Position numbers and translations under genes: made by a program. This document shows positions 19,131-27,119 of a stretch of 64,000 nucleotides of DNA, one piece after another (positions within the stretch are counted from its first letter, which is position 1; each line of letters begins with the position of its first letter). The notes under the pieces are model-generated. The model was not told the DNA's origin. It ran no database searches and saw nothing but the letters and a program-made list of their open reading frames with translations. The DNA comes from Thermoanaerobaculia bacterium (GTDB lineage: Bacteria; Acidobacteriota; Thermoanaerobaculia; Multivoradales; Multivoraceae): NCBI GenBank assembly GCA_963666565.1, contig OY762911.1, positions 2,944,001 to 3,008,000 on the forward strand, given 5' to 3'.

Positions 19131-19993
19131 ACGTCGCAGACGCTCACACCATGCGCGAGAGCGGCGAGCTTGTCGTCGCTCTTGGGGATGAACTCCTGGC
19201 CCACGATGCCCGTGTAGCCGGTTTCCAGGATGGCGCGCATGATCGCCGGGTAGTACAGCTCCTGGTCCTCGTCCAGTTCGTTGCGGCCGGGGTTGCCGGC
19301 CGTGTGGTAGTGCCCGATGTGCTGGTGGAAGTCGCGGATCGTGCGGATGACGTCCCCTTCCATGACCTGCGCGTGGTAGATGTCGTAGAGGATCTTGAAC
19401 CGGTCCGAGGCGACCCGGTCCACCAGTTCGACCAGCCAGGGCATGTTGTCGGCCATGTAGTCGGCGTGGTTGACCTTGGAGTTCAGCAGTTCCATGCAGA
19501 TGGTGACGCCCTCGCGCTCGGCGTGGCCGACGATCTGCTTAAGGGCCGTCACGCAGTTCTCCAGGCCGACGCTGTCGGCCATGCCGTCGCGGTTGCCCGA
19601 GAAGGTGATCACGTTGGGAAAGCCGGCCTCGGCGGTGGCGTCGATGGCTGTCGCGATCGCCTCCAGGCAGGCCTCGTGGTTGGCGGGGTCGTTCAGGCCC
19701 TTCGGGATGCCGTGGCTGTTCGTCATGGCGCAGGAGAGGCCGTGTTCCCGCAGGGTCGGGAAGGCCTCGGGACCCAGGATCTCGATCGATTCGAGACCCA
19801 TCGCGCTGGCGGCGGCGGCAAGTTCCCCGAGCGGTATGCGGCCGTAGCACCACTGGCACACGGACTGGCGGATTCTCCCGTTCCTGATCACCCGTTCCTG
19901 TTGGGCGGGCACGGCCGTGGGAACGGCGGCGGCCGCGGCGACCGAAGCGGCGCCGGCGATCAGGGTGCGGCGGGACAGAGGTTCTGCGTTCAT
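19127..19993 (-). CDS. Hydroxypyruvate isomerase family TIM-barrel protein with a Tat signal
   Basis: SRRTLI Tat motif; ELLNSKVNH, LYDIYHAQVMEGD, HYHTAGNPGRNE. Confidence 0.88.
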   Translation of the reverse strand: MNAEPLSRRTLIAGAASVAAAAAVPTAVPAQQERVIRNGRIRQSVCQWCYGRIPLGELAAAASAMGLESIEILGPEAFPTLREHGLSCAMTNSHGIPKGLNDPANHEACLEAIATAIDATAEAGFPNVITFSGNRDGMADSVGLENCVTALKQIVGHAEREGVTICMELLNSKVNHADYMADNMPWLVELVDRVASDRFKILYDIYHAQVMEGDVIRTIRDFHQHIGHYHTAGNPGRNELDEDQELYYPAIMRAILETGYTGIVGQEFIPKSDDKLAALAHGVSVCDV

Positions 19994-20039
19994 GGGATGT
20001 CCTCCGGTTGACGTTCATCTTAGCCCCCGGCGTTTCGCC

Positions 20040-20135
20040 CGGCTCTGTAGCCGCCTGCGGCCGGCGGCCCTGTCTTCCGGGCTGCGTCGCTCCGCGACAC
20101 AGCCCGTGGGCGGGTCGGAAGACCCGCGCACCCAG
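20040..20135. repeat. Partial REPIN-like element (right half), intergenic
   Basis: Ends GCGGGTCGGAAGACCCGCGCACCCAG; internal hairpin GTCGC-TCC-GCGAC. Confidence 0.85.
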
Positions 20136-20165
20136 CGGAAGGCCGGCTCGGCTACGATTCGGGCC

Positions 20166-21008
20166 ATGCGGACCAACGGCGAGTCGAGACGAGGCTGGCG
20201 GGCGCCCGCGCTCGTGGCCGTTCTGACGCTGCTCATGGCCTCGCTGACCACCGCCCAGTGGTGGCGCCCGGTGCCGGCTCGCTACCCCGAGGAGGGCCGC
20301 CAGTATCTGGAGGGCTTCGTCTTCTGCCGCGGCCAGTACCGGCAGGTCATCGACGAGTGGCTGGGCCAGGGCTGGTTCACGGACTACCCCGACTCCGAGT
20401 ACAACTTCATGACCCGGCTGGCCCAGTTGACGACGGTCGAGATCCAGCGGACCGCGTTCGGCGACCCGGAACACCTGGTGCTCACGCTCGACGACCCGCG
20501 GCTGTTCGAATTCCCGTTCCTGTTCATGTCGGACGTCGGCACGATCGGCATCGACGACGTCGAGGCGCAGAACCTGCGGCACTACCTGCTGGCCGGGGGC
20601 TTTCTCTACGTGGACGACTTCTGGGGGCCGACGGCGTGGGACCGCTGGGCGCGGCAGATCGGCCGGGTGCTGCCGCCGGGCGAGTACCCGATCGTCGACA
20701 TTCCGCTCGATCACCCGATCTTCAGCACCTTCTTCACGGTCGACGAGGTGCCGCAGATCCCGTCGATCCAGTACTGGAACATGAGCGGCCGCGCCGGCAC
20801 CTCGGAGCGGGGCATGGACTCCGCCGAACCGCACTTCCGCGGCATCTTCGACGAGAACGGCCGCCTGATGGTGGCGATGACCCATAACACGGACATCGCC
20901 GACGGCTGGGAGCGGGAGGGCGAGTCGCGGGAGTTCTTCGAGCGCTTCTCGCTGACGAAGTCCTACCCGTTCGGCGTCAACCTGGTCCTGTACGCGCTGT
21001 CGCACTGA
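20166..21008 (+). CDS. DUF4159 domain protein
   Basis: WFTDYPDSE, LRHYLLAGGFLYVDDFWG, HNTDIADGWE, GVNLVLYAL. Confidence 0.85.
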   Translation: MRTNGESRRGWRAPALVAVLTLLMASLTTAQWWRPVPARYPEEGRQYLEGFVFCRGQYRQVIDEWLGQGWFTDYPDSEYNFMTRLAQLTTVEIQRTAFGDPEHLVLTLDDPRLFEFPFLFMSDVGTIGIDDVEAQNLRHYLLAGGFLYVDDFWGPTAWDRWARQIGRVLPPGEYPIVDIPLDHPIFSTFFTVDEVPQIPSIQYWNMSGRAGTSERGMDSAEPHFRGIFDENGRLMVAMTHNTDIADGWEREGESREFFERFSLTKSYPFGVNLVLYALSH

Positions 21009-21118
21009 GGACGGCTCGGGGTCCGCGGGGCGGCGCGACGGACTGCTAGGGTCCGCGCATCCGCCCGGCCGCGCCGGCCGGCCGGTTCCCGAATCCACTC
21101 CCCGACGAGGACAGACAC

Positions 21119-22018
21119 ATGGCACGCACGCCGCTACGTTCCCGTTTCCCGGCGGTTCCCGCCGCGATCGCCGCCGCCCTCCTGGCCGCTCCGACCGCGG
21201 CGCAGCAGGACTTCTCTGCCGTCGAGGTGACCGCCGAACACGTCGCCGGCGCGGTCCACATGCTGACCGGCGCCGGCGGCAACATCGGCGTTTCGGCCGG
21301 CGAGGACGGCATCCTGATCGTCGACGACCAGTTCGCGCCCCTGGCCGACAAGATCCGGGCGGCGCTCGCCGGGATCTCGCCCGGCGACCTCGAGTTCGTC
21401 GTCAACACCCACTTCCACTTCGACCACACGGGCGGCAACGCCATCTTCGGCAAGGAGGCGCTGATCGTGGCCCACACGAATGTGCGCAAGCGGCTGGCGG
21501 AGGGCGCGGGGGTGCGCGGCCGACCCGCCGAGCCGGCGCCGAAGGAGGCCCTGCCGGTCGTCACCTACGACGACGGACTGTCGATCCACTTCAACGGCGA
21601 GGAGGTCGTGGTCGGCCACCTGCAGGCCGGGCACACGGACGGCGACAGCTTCATCTACTTCACGGACTCGAACGTCGTTCACCTGGGCGATCAGTTCTTC
21701 GCCGGGCGCTTCCCCTTCGTCGACGTCGGCAACGGCGGCAACGCGGTCGGGCTGCGGGACAGCATCGGGTGGGCGCTCGATCACCTGCCGGCCGACGCGA
21801 AGGTGATCCCCGGCCACGGGCCGCTGTCGTCCGTGGACGACCTGAGGAAGTACCACCGGATGCTCGCCGAGTGCGTGGCGACCGTGAAGGCGGGCAAGGA
21901 CGCGGGCAAGACGGTGGAGGAGATCCAGGCCGCCGGACTGCCGGACGAGTGGGACGGCTGGGGTTCCGGCTTCATCAACGAGGCCGTCTTCATCGGTTTC
22001 ATTTTCGAGAGCCTGTAG
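21119..22018 (+). CDS. Secreted MBL-fold metallo-hydrolase (cyclase-like)
   Basis: NTHFHFDHTGGN, GHTDGD, IPGHG. Confidence 0.9.
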   Translation: MARTPLRSRFPAVPAAIAAALLAAPTAAQQDFSAVEVTAEHVAGAVHMLTGAGGNIGVSAGEDGILIVDDQFAPLADKIRAALAGISPGDLEFVVNTHFHFDHTGGNAIFGKEALIVAHTNVRKRLAEGAGVRGRPAEPAPKEALPVVTYDDGLSIHFNGEEVVVGHLQAGHTDGDSFIYFTDSNVVHLGDQFFAGRFPFVDVGNGGNAVGLRDSIGWALDHLPADAKVIPGHGPLSSVDDLRKYHRMLAECVATVKAGKDAGKTVEEIQAAGLPDEWDGWGSGFINEAVFIGFIFESL

Positions 22019-22028
22019 GAGGGTCGCC

Positions 22029-23381
22029 GTGACGGTCATGCGTCTGGATGGAGTGCTGCGCTCGGAGTACGTCGCGCTGATGGCCGCGCTGGCCCTGGCG
22101 GCTGGGGTCGCTGGCGCGGCGCCGCCCGGCAGTTCGGATGTAGAGGGCGGCTGGCCGGCATGGCGCGGGCCGAGCCGCACGGGGTCGGCGCCGGCCGGCA
22201 ACCCGCCGATCGAGTGGTCCGAAACGAAGAACGTGCGGTGGAAGAAGGCGGTGCCGGGGCTCGGCCTCTCGTCGCCCATCGTCTGGGGCGACCGGCTGTT
22301 CCTGACCACCGCCGTGCCCACGGGCGAGAAGGTCGGCAACGCGCCGCCGGCCGGTCGGCGCGACGGTGTGCCGCCGGACCGGGTCCTGAGCTACGAGGTC
22401 CTCGCGCTCGACCGCGCGGACGGGTCCACGGCGTGGAAGCGATCCGTGCGGACGGAGGCGCCGCACGAGGGCACCCATCCCGACGGCGCCTGGGCCGCCG
22501 GCTCGCCGGTAACGGACGGCGAGGTGCTGATCGCCTTCTTCGGTTCGCGCGGCCTCTACGCCTTCGACCTCGACGGAGCGGAGCTCTGGCGGCGCGACTT
22601 CGGCGACATGAGGACCCGGCTCGGCTTCGGCGAGGGAAGTTCGCCGGCGCTTCACGGCGACCGCGTCTTCGTCATCTGGGACCACGAGGACGACTCCTTC
22701 ATGTTCGCCCTGGACAAGATGACCGGCGAGGAGATCTGGCGCCGCGACCGCGACGAGATGACGGCCTGGACGACGCCTCTCGTCGTCGTGCATGGCGGCC
22801 GGACGCAGGTCGTAACGAGCGCGACGAACCGCGTTCGCTCCTACGACGCGGACACCGGCGAGCCGATCTGGGAGGCGACCGGAATGACGCTCAACGCGAT
22901 TCCGTCGCCCGTCTACGAGGACGGCGTCGTCTACCTGACAAGCGGCTTCCGCGGCAGCAAGCTGCTGGCGGTGCGGCTCGACGGCGCCGAGGGCGACGTC
23001 ACGGGGACGGAGAACGTCGTCTGGTCGGTGGACCGGGACACGCCGTACGTGCCTTCGCCGCTGCTGCACGATGGCGTCATCTACTTCACGAAGTCGAACA
23101 GCGGCATCCTCTCGGCGTTCGACGCCGGGACGGGCGAGGCGCTCTACGCGAACCAGCGGCTGGGCGCCGTGCGCAACGTCTACGCCTCGCCGGTCGGAGT
23201 CGGCGACCGCGTCTACTTCGCCAGCCGCGACGGCGAGTTCCTGGTCGCCAGGGCGGGACCGACCTTCGAGGTCCTGGCCGAGAACGAACTCGACGACCGC
23301 TTCGACGCCTCGCCCGCGATCGTCGGCGACGAGATCTACCTGCGCGGCCGCGGCAACCTGTACTGCATCGCGGCCCCGTAG
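22029..23381 (+). CDS. PQQ-binding-like beta-propeller repeat protein
   Basis: WPAWRGP, NVRWK, SSPIVWGDRLFLT, repeated SP motifs. Confidence 0.9.
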   Translation: MTVMRLDGVLRSEYVALMAALALAAGVAGAAPPGSSDVEGGWPAWRGPSRTGSAPAGNPPIEWSETKNVRWKKAVPGLGLSSPIVWGDRLFLTTAVPTGEKVGNAPPAGRRDGVPPDRVLSYEVLALDRADGSTAWKRSVRTEAPHEGTHPDGAWAAGSPVTDGEVLIAFFGSRGLYAFDLDGAELWRRDFGDMRTRLGFGEGSSPALHGDRVFVIWDHEDDSFMFALDKMTGEEIWRRDRDEMTAWTTPLVVVHGGRTQVVTSATNRVRSYDADTGEPIWEATGMTLNAIPSPVYEDGVVYLTSGFRGSKLLAVRLDGAEGDVTGTENVVWSVDRDTPYVPSPLLHDGVIYFTKSNSGILSAFDAGTGEALYANQRLGAVRNVYASPVGVGDRVYFASRDGEFLVARAGPTFEVLAENELDDRFDASPAIVGDEIYLRGRGNLYCIAAP

Positions 23382-23531
23382 CGTCGTCGGCGCGTCGTCG
23401 TGGAGCGGCTGCGTGGCGTTGTCGGTGGCACCCGCCTGTCCGGGGGCCGGTAGAGAGGGTCCCGGACGGCTGGACTTCGTCGGGCTTCCCGGCGCCGGAT
23501 GCCTGCGTTGCGGGTTGGATGAGGTCGCACA

Positions 23532-23601
23532 CTGGGTGCGCGGGTCCTCTGACCCGCTGCCGCCGGAGGCGGCCAGAAAACGCGCCGGCCGTCAGGCCGG
23601 C
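23532..23601. repeat. Half REPIN-like element that overlaps and supplies the stop codon of the DUF255 gene
   Basis: CTGGGTGCGCGGGTCCTCTGACCCGCTGCCGCCGGAGGCGGCC...GCCGGCCGTCAGGCCGGC; TCA at 23592. Confidence 0.85.
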
Positions 23602-26237
23602 TCCCTTGGGTCGCCAGTGCCACGCAGGCCGGCGAGGGGAACTTCGAGTACGACGGTCTCGGGCAGCAGACAGAGTTGGTCGTCGCAGGCCTGGAGGCGG
23701 AGGGAGATCGGAACCGAGACGGGGCGTGGATCGGGAGCGGAGCTTGAAGGCCGGAGCGCGAACGTGATGCGCTGCCGACCCTCGTAGATCAGGACGTCGC
23801 CGGATTGGGTGCCGACCCGGGTTCGCCGCGGTTCCGGGTAGCGGAGGTTCGCGATGTCGAAGCCGCTGCCGGCCCCTTCGACCGTCGTGCCGATCAGGTC
23901 TTCCTGGAGCGGCTCGGGGCCGTTCAGGTGCCAGCCTTCGGCGATGACGAGGTCGACGTCGACTTCGTACTCGCCTGCGTCGCTGGCGGGCCGCAGGACC
24001 GCCGCCACGACGACGGCGCCGTTGCCGGCAAAGGCCCGCGGACCCGCGTCGCCTTCGAGGGCCACGGCGAGTCCGGTCAACATGTAGGTGTAGGCGGCCG
24101 GCATCCGTTCGAGGTTGGCGGCGAACGCGGCGACGGTCGCGAGCGCCCGGTCTGTGGCGTTCCGGTCGCCGGTGCGGCGGCCGAGTTCGGCCAGGGCGCG
24201 GACGGCGACCGAGTTGCCGGACGGCACGGCGCCGTCGGTCGGGCTCTTCGGCTGGGCGATCAGCAGGTTCGCCTTCTCCCGCTCGGCGATGAAGAAGCCG
24301 CTGCCGAGGCTCGGCTCGGCCGCGGCGCTGGCCGGAGCGGCCGCGGCGCCTGCCGGAGCGGCTGCGGCGTCTGCCGGAGTGGCCGCGGCGTCTGCCGGAG
24401 CGGCGCCGGCGCCTACCGCCGCAGTATCGGGATCCCAGAAGCGCTCGACCATCTCCGCCGCGACCGCCGCGGCCCGTTCGAGCCAGTCGCCGTCGGAGGT
24501 CACGTCGTGGATAGCGACAAAGGCGTGGGCGAGGTGGGCGTAGTCCTGAACCAGGCCGGGAGTCGACGCTTCGCCGTCCAGCCAGACGCGCCACAGGCCG
24601 CCTCCGTCGCGCCGGGCGTGCCGCCACAGGAAGTCCGCCGCCCGCGCCGCGGCCTCCGCGTAGGCGGGCTCGCCGAGGGCATCGGCGGCTTCTGCAAGGG
24701 CCCGGATCGTCATCCCGTTCCAGGAGGTGAGCACCTTGTCGTCGCGCAGCGGATGGAGGCGGCGCTCCCGGACTTGGTAGAGCCGCTCCCGGATCCCATC
24801 GAGCCGGTCGAGCAGATCGTTCAGCGGCAGTCCGAAGTCGGCGGCGCTCTCGTCCAGCGGCCGGTCGAGGAACAGGATGTTCCGGTGCTCGAAGTTGCCG
24901 GCGTCGCTCACGCCGAAGAGCCGAATCGCCAGTTCGGCGTGGTCGGGCGGAAGCGCGTCCCGGAGTTGGTCCTTCGTCCAGACGAAGAACTCGCCCTCGA
25001 CCGACTCGCCGTCCGCCGCTTCGCTGTCCGCGTCGGTGGCGGAATAGAAGGCGCCCTCCGGCGAGGTCATGTCGCGCAGCACGTAGTCGGCGGTCTCGCG
25101 GGCCACCCGCGCCAGCAGCGGATCGCCGGTCAGCCGCCAGGCCAGGGCGTAGGCGCGGAGCAGGTGCGCCTGGTTGTAGAGCATCTTCTCGAAGTGGGGT
25201 ACCAGCCAGCGCCCGTCCACGGAGTACCGGTGGAAGCCGCCGCCGACCTGGTCGTGGATGCCGCCGCGGGCCATCGCGCGCAGGGTGATCAGCGCGGCGT
25301 CGAGCGGCGCCCGGTCGCCGGTCCGAAGCGCCTCCTCCAGCAGCAGCAGAAGGTTCGTTTCGTTCGGAAACTTGGGCGCGTCGCCGAAGCCGCCGTGGAC
25401 CCGGTCCGTGCTGGCGACGAGGCCCCGTACTGCTTCGCCCACAACCGCGCGGCCCAGGTTCTTCGCCGCGCCGCGGGCCGCCGTGATCTGGCGCACGAGG
25501 TCGGTGATCTGCGCGGCGCTGGCTTCGAGGTCCGCGCGCCGCTCGCGCCACGCGGTGTCGACCTGGCGCATCAGATTGACGAACTGTTGCGGCGGAAAGT
25601 ACGTGGCGCCGAAGAAGGGCCGCCGGTCGGGGAGCAGGAAGCTCGACATCGGCCAGCCGCCCCGCTGCTGCGTGACCTGGACGGCGGTCATGTAGATGTC
25701 GTCGATGTCGGGCCGCTGCTCGCGGTCCACCTTGATGCAGATGAACAGCTCGTTCATCAGAGTCGCCACCTCGACGTTGTCGAAGCTCTCGCGCTCCATA
25801 ACGTGGCACCAGTGGCAGGTGGAGTAGCCGATCGAGAGGAAGACGGGCTTGTCCTCGGCCCGTGCGCGCTCGAACGCCTCCTCGCCCCAGGGGAACCAGT
25901 CGACGGGGTTGTGCGCGTGCTGCCGGAGATAGGGCGACGTCTCCAGGATGAGCCGGTTCAGGTAGAGGGGCTGGCCGCCGGCGTCGAGGAGTTCCGTCCG
26001 CGGCTCGTAGTCGGCGGGCATCGCGGCGAGCGTCGCCTCCAGCCTGGCCTGGAGCTCGGGCGGGCGCGCCGCGGCGCCGGGAGGCGGGATGGCGGATGCG
26101 GCGGGAGCGTTGGCCATGGTCAGGAAGGCGACGGCGAGGCCCACTGCGACCCGGGCGGCGCGGTCCTCCGTCCGCCCGCTGACGGGCGCACGGACTGCGA
26201 CGCGTGTGGCGCCGATCGCGCCACTCGGGTGGGGCAC
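23592..26237 (-). CDS. Thioredoxin/DUF255 (SPATA20/YyaL-like) protein with a C-terminal DsbD-N-like domain (start uncertain)
   Basis: [49 protein letters not shown]-terminal [12 protein letters not shown]. Confidence 0.9.
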   Translation of the reverse strand: MPHPSGAIGATRVAVRAPVSGRTEDRAARVAVGLAVAFLTMANAPAASAIPPPGAAARPPELQARLEATLAAMPADYEPRTELLDAGGQPLYLNRLILETSPYLRQHAHNPVDWFPWGEEAFERARAEDKPVFLSIGYSTCHWCHVMERESFDNVEVATLMNELFICIKVDREQRPDIDDIYMTAVQVTQQRGGWPMSSFLLPDRRPFFGATYFPPQQFVNLMRQVDTAWRERRADLEASAAQITDLVRQITAARGAAKNLGRAVVGEAVRGLVASTDRVHGGFGDAPKFPNETNLLLLLEEALRTGDRAPLDAALITLRAMARGGIHDQVGGGFHRYSVDGRWLVPHFEKMLYNQAHLLRAYALAWRLTGDPLLARVARETADYVLRDMTSPEGAFYSATDADSEAADGESVEGEFFVWTKDQLRDALPPDHAELAIRLFGVSDAGNFEHRNILFLDRPLDESAADFGLPLNDLLDRLDGIRERLYQVRERRLHPLRDDKVLTSWNGMTIRALAEAADALGEPAYAEAAARAADFLWRHARRDGGGLWRVWLDGEASTPGLVQDYAHLAHAFVAIHDVTSDGDWLERAAAVAAEMVERFWDPDTAAVGAGAAPADAAATPADAAAAPAGAAAAPASAAAEPSLGSGFFIAEREKANLLIAQPKSPTDGAVPSGNSVAVRALAELGRRTGDRNATDRALATVAAFAANLERMPAAYTYMLTGLAVALEGDAGPRAFAGNGAVVVAAVLRPASDAGEYEVDVDLVIAEGWHLNGPEPLQEDLIGTTVEGAGSGFDIANLRYPEPRRTRVGTQSGDVLIYEGRQRITFALRPSSSAPDPRPVSVPISLRLQACDDQLCLLPETVVLEVPLAGLRGTGDPREPA
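24320..24410. repeat. Coding 21-bp tandem repeat (about 4 units) giving an Ala/Pro-rich loop
   Basis: GCCGGAGCGGCCGCGGCGCCT-like units; encodes [28 protein letters not shown]. Confidence 0.75.
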
Positions 26238-26359
26238 GGCTTGCGAGGATACCGCCCCGAAGACGCGGCGCAGCCCGGACAGCAAGGCCGCCGGTCAGGA
26301 GCCGGCGACGATTGGACGCCGCCTTCGGCGGCAGCGGGTCAGAAGACCCGCGCACCCAA
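26167..26359. repeat. Two adjacent REP-like pieces: an insert module in the DUF255 N-terminus and a half REPIN upstream
   Basis: TCCGTCCGCCCGCTGACGGGCGCACGGACTG (26167) and GCCGCCTTCGGCGGCAGCGGGTCAGAAGACCCGCGCACCC (ending 26357). Confidence 0.82.
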
Positions 26360-26387
26360 GGGGATGGCCGCTGTACGATTCGCCGCG

Positions 26388-27119
26388 ATGTCTGAACTGC
26401 GGCCGCCTGCGGCGGGTCGGAAGCTGATCCTGGAAGTGCGGCGCGAGTTGAAGGCCGCGGGCGACCCGGAGCGGGCCAGGGGGCAGCAGGCGTACATGAG
26501 GTCGGAGATGCCCTTCTGGGGGGTGACGACGCCGGAACTGCGCAAGATCGGCCGCGCGGCGTTCAAGCGCCATCCGCTGGACGGCTTCGAGGAGTGGCGC
26601 TCCACCGTCCTGACCCTGTGGCGAACGGCCGGCCGCCGCGAGGAACGGCACGCGGCGATCGACCTCGGCGGCTACCGGAAGTACGAGGCGCTTCGCACGA
26701 TGAAGGCGTTGCCCGTCTTCGAGGAGATGATCGTCTCCGGCGCTTGGTGGGACTACGTCGACGCCGTCGCGAGCCACCGGCTGCGCGAGCTCGTCGAGCG
26801 CTATCCGAAGACGATGGCGAAGCGGATGAAGGTCTGGAGCCGGTGCCCCGACATGTGGAAGCGTCGCGCGTCGATGATCTGCCAGCTCGGTCGCAAGGGC
26901 GACACGGACCTCGATCTGCTCCACGCGACGATCGCCGAGAACCTGCTGGAATCCCGCTTCGGCGGCGAGTTCTTCATTCGCAAGGCGATCGGCTGGGCGC
27001 TGCGCGACCTGGCCTGGCACGACCCGGAAGAAGTGCAGCGTTTCGTGGGCGAGCACGAGGAGCGGCTGAGTCCGCTCAGCCGGCGAGAGGCGCTCAGAAA
27101 TCTGGGGGGCGGACGGTGA
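26388..27119 (+). CDS. DNA alkylation repair protein (AlkD-like)
   Basis: AYMRSEMPFWGV, WWDYVD, EFFIRKAIGWALR, LSPLSRREALRNL. Confidence 0.9.
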   Translation: MSELRPPAAGRKLILEVRRELKAAGDPERARGQQAYMRSEMPFWGVTTPELRKIGRAAFKRHPLDGFEEWRSTVLTLWRTAGRREERHAAIDLGGYRKYEALRTMKALPVFEEMIVSGAWWDYVDAVASHRLRELVERYPKTMAKRMKVWSRCPDMWKRRASMICQLGRKGDTDLDLLHATIAENLLESRFGGEFFIRKAIGWALRDLAWHDPEEVQRFVGEHEERLSPLSRREALRNLGGGR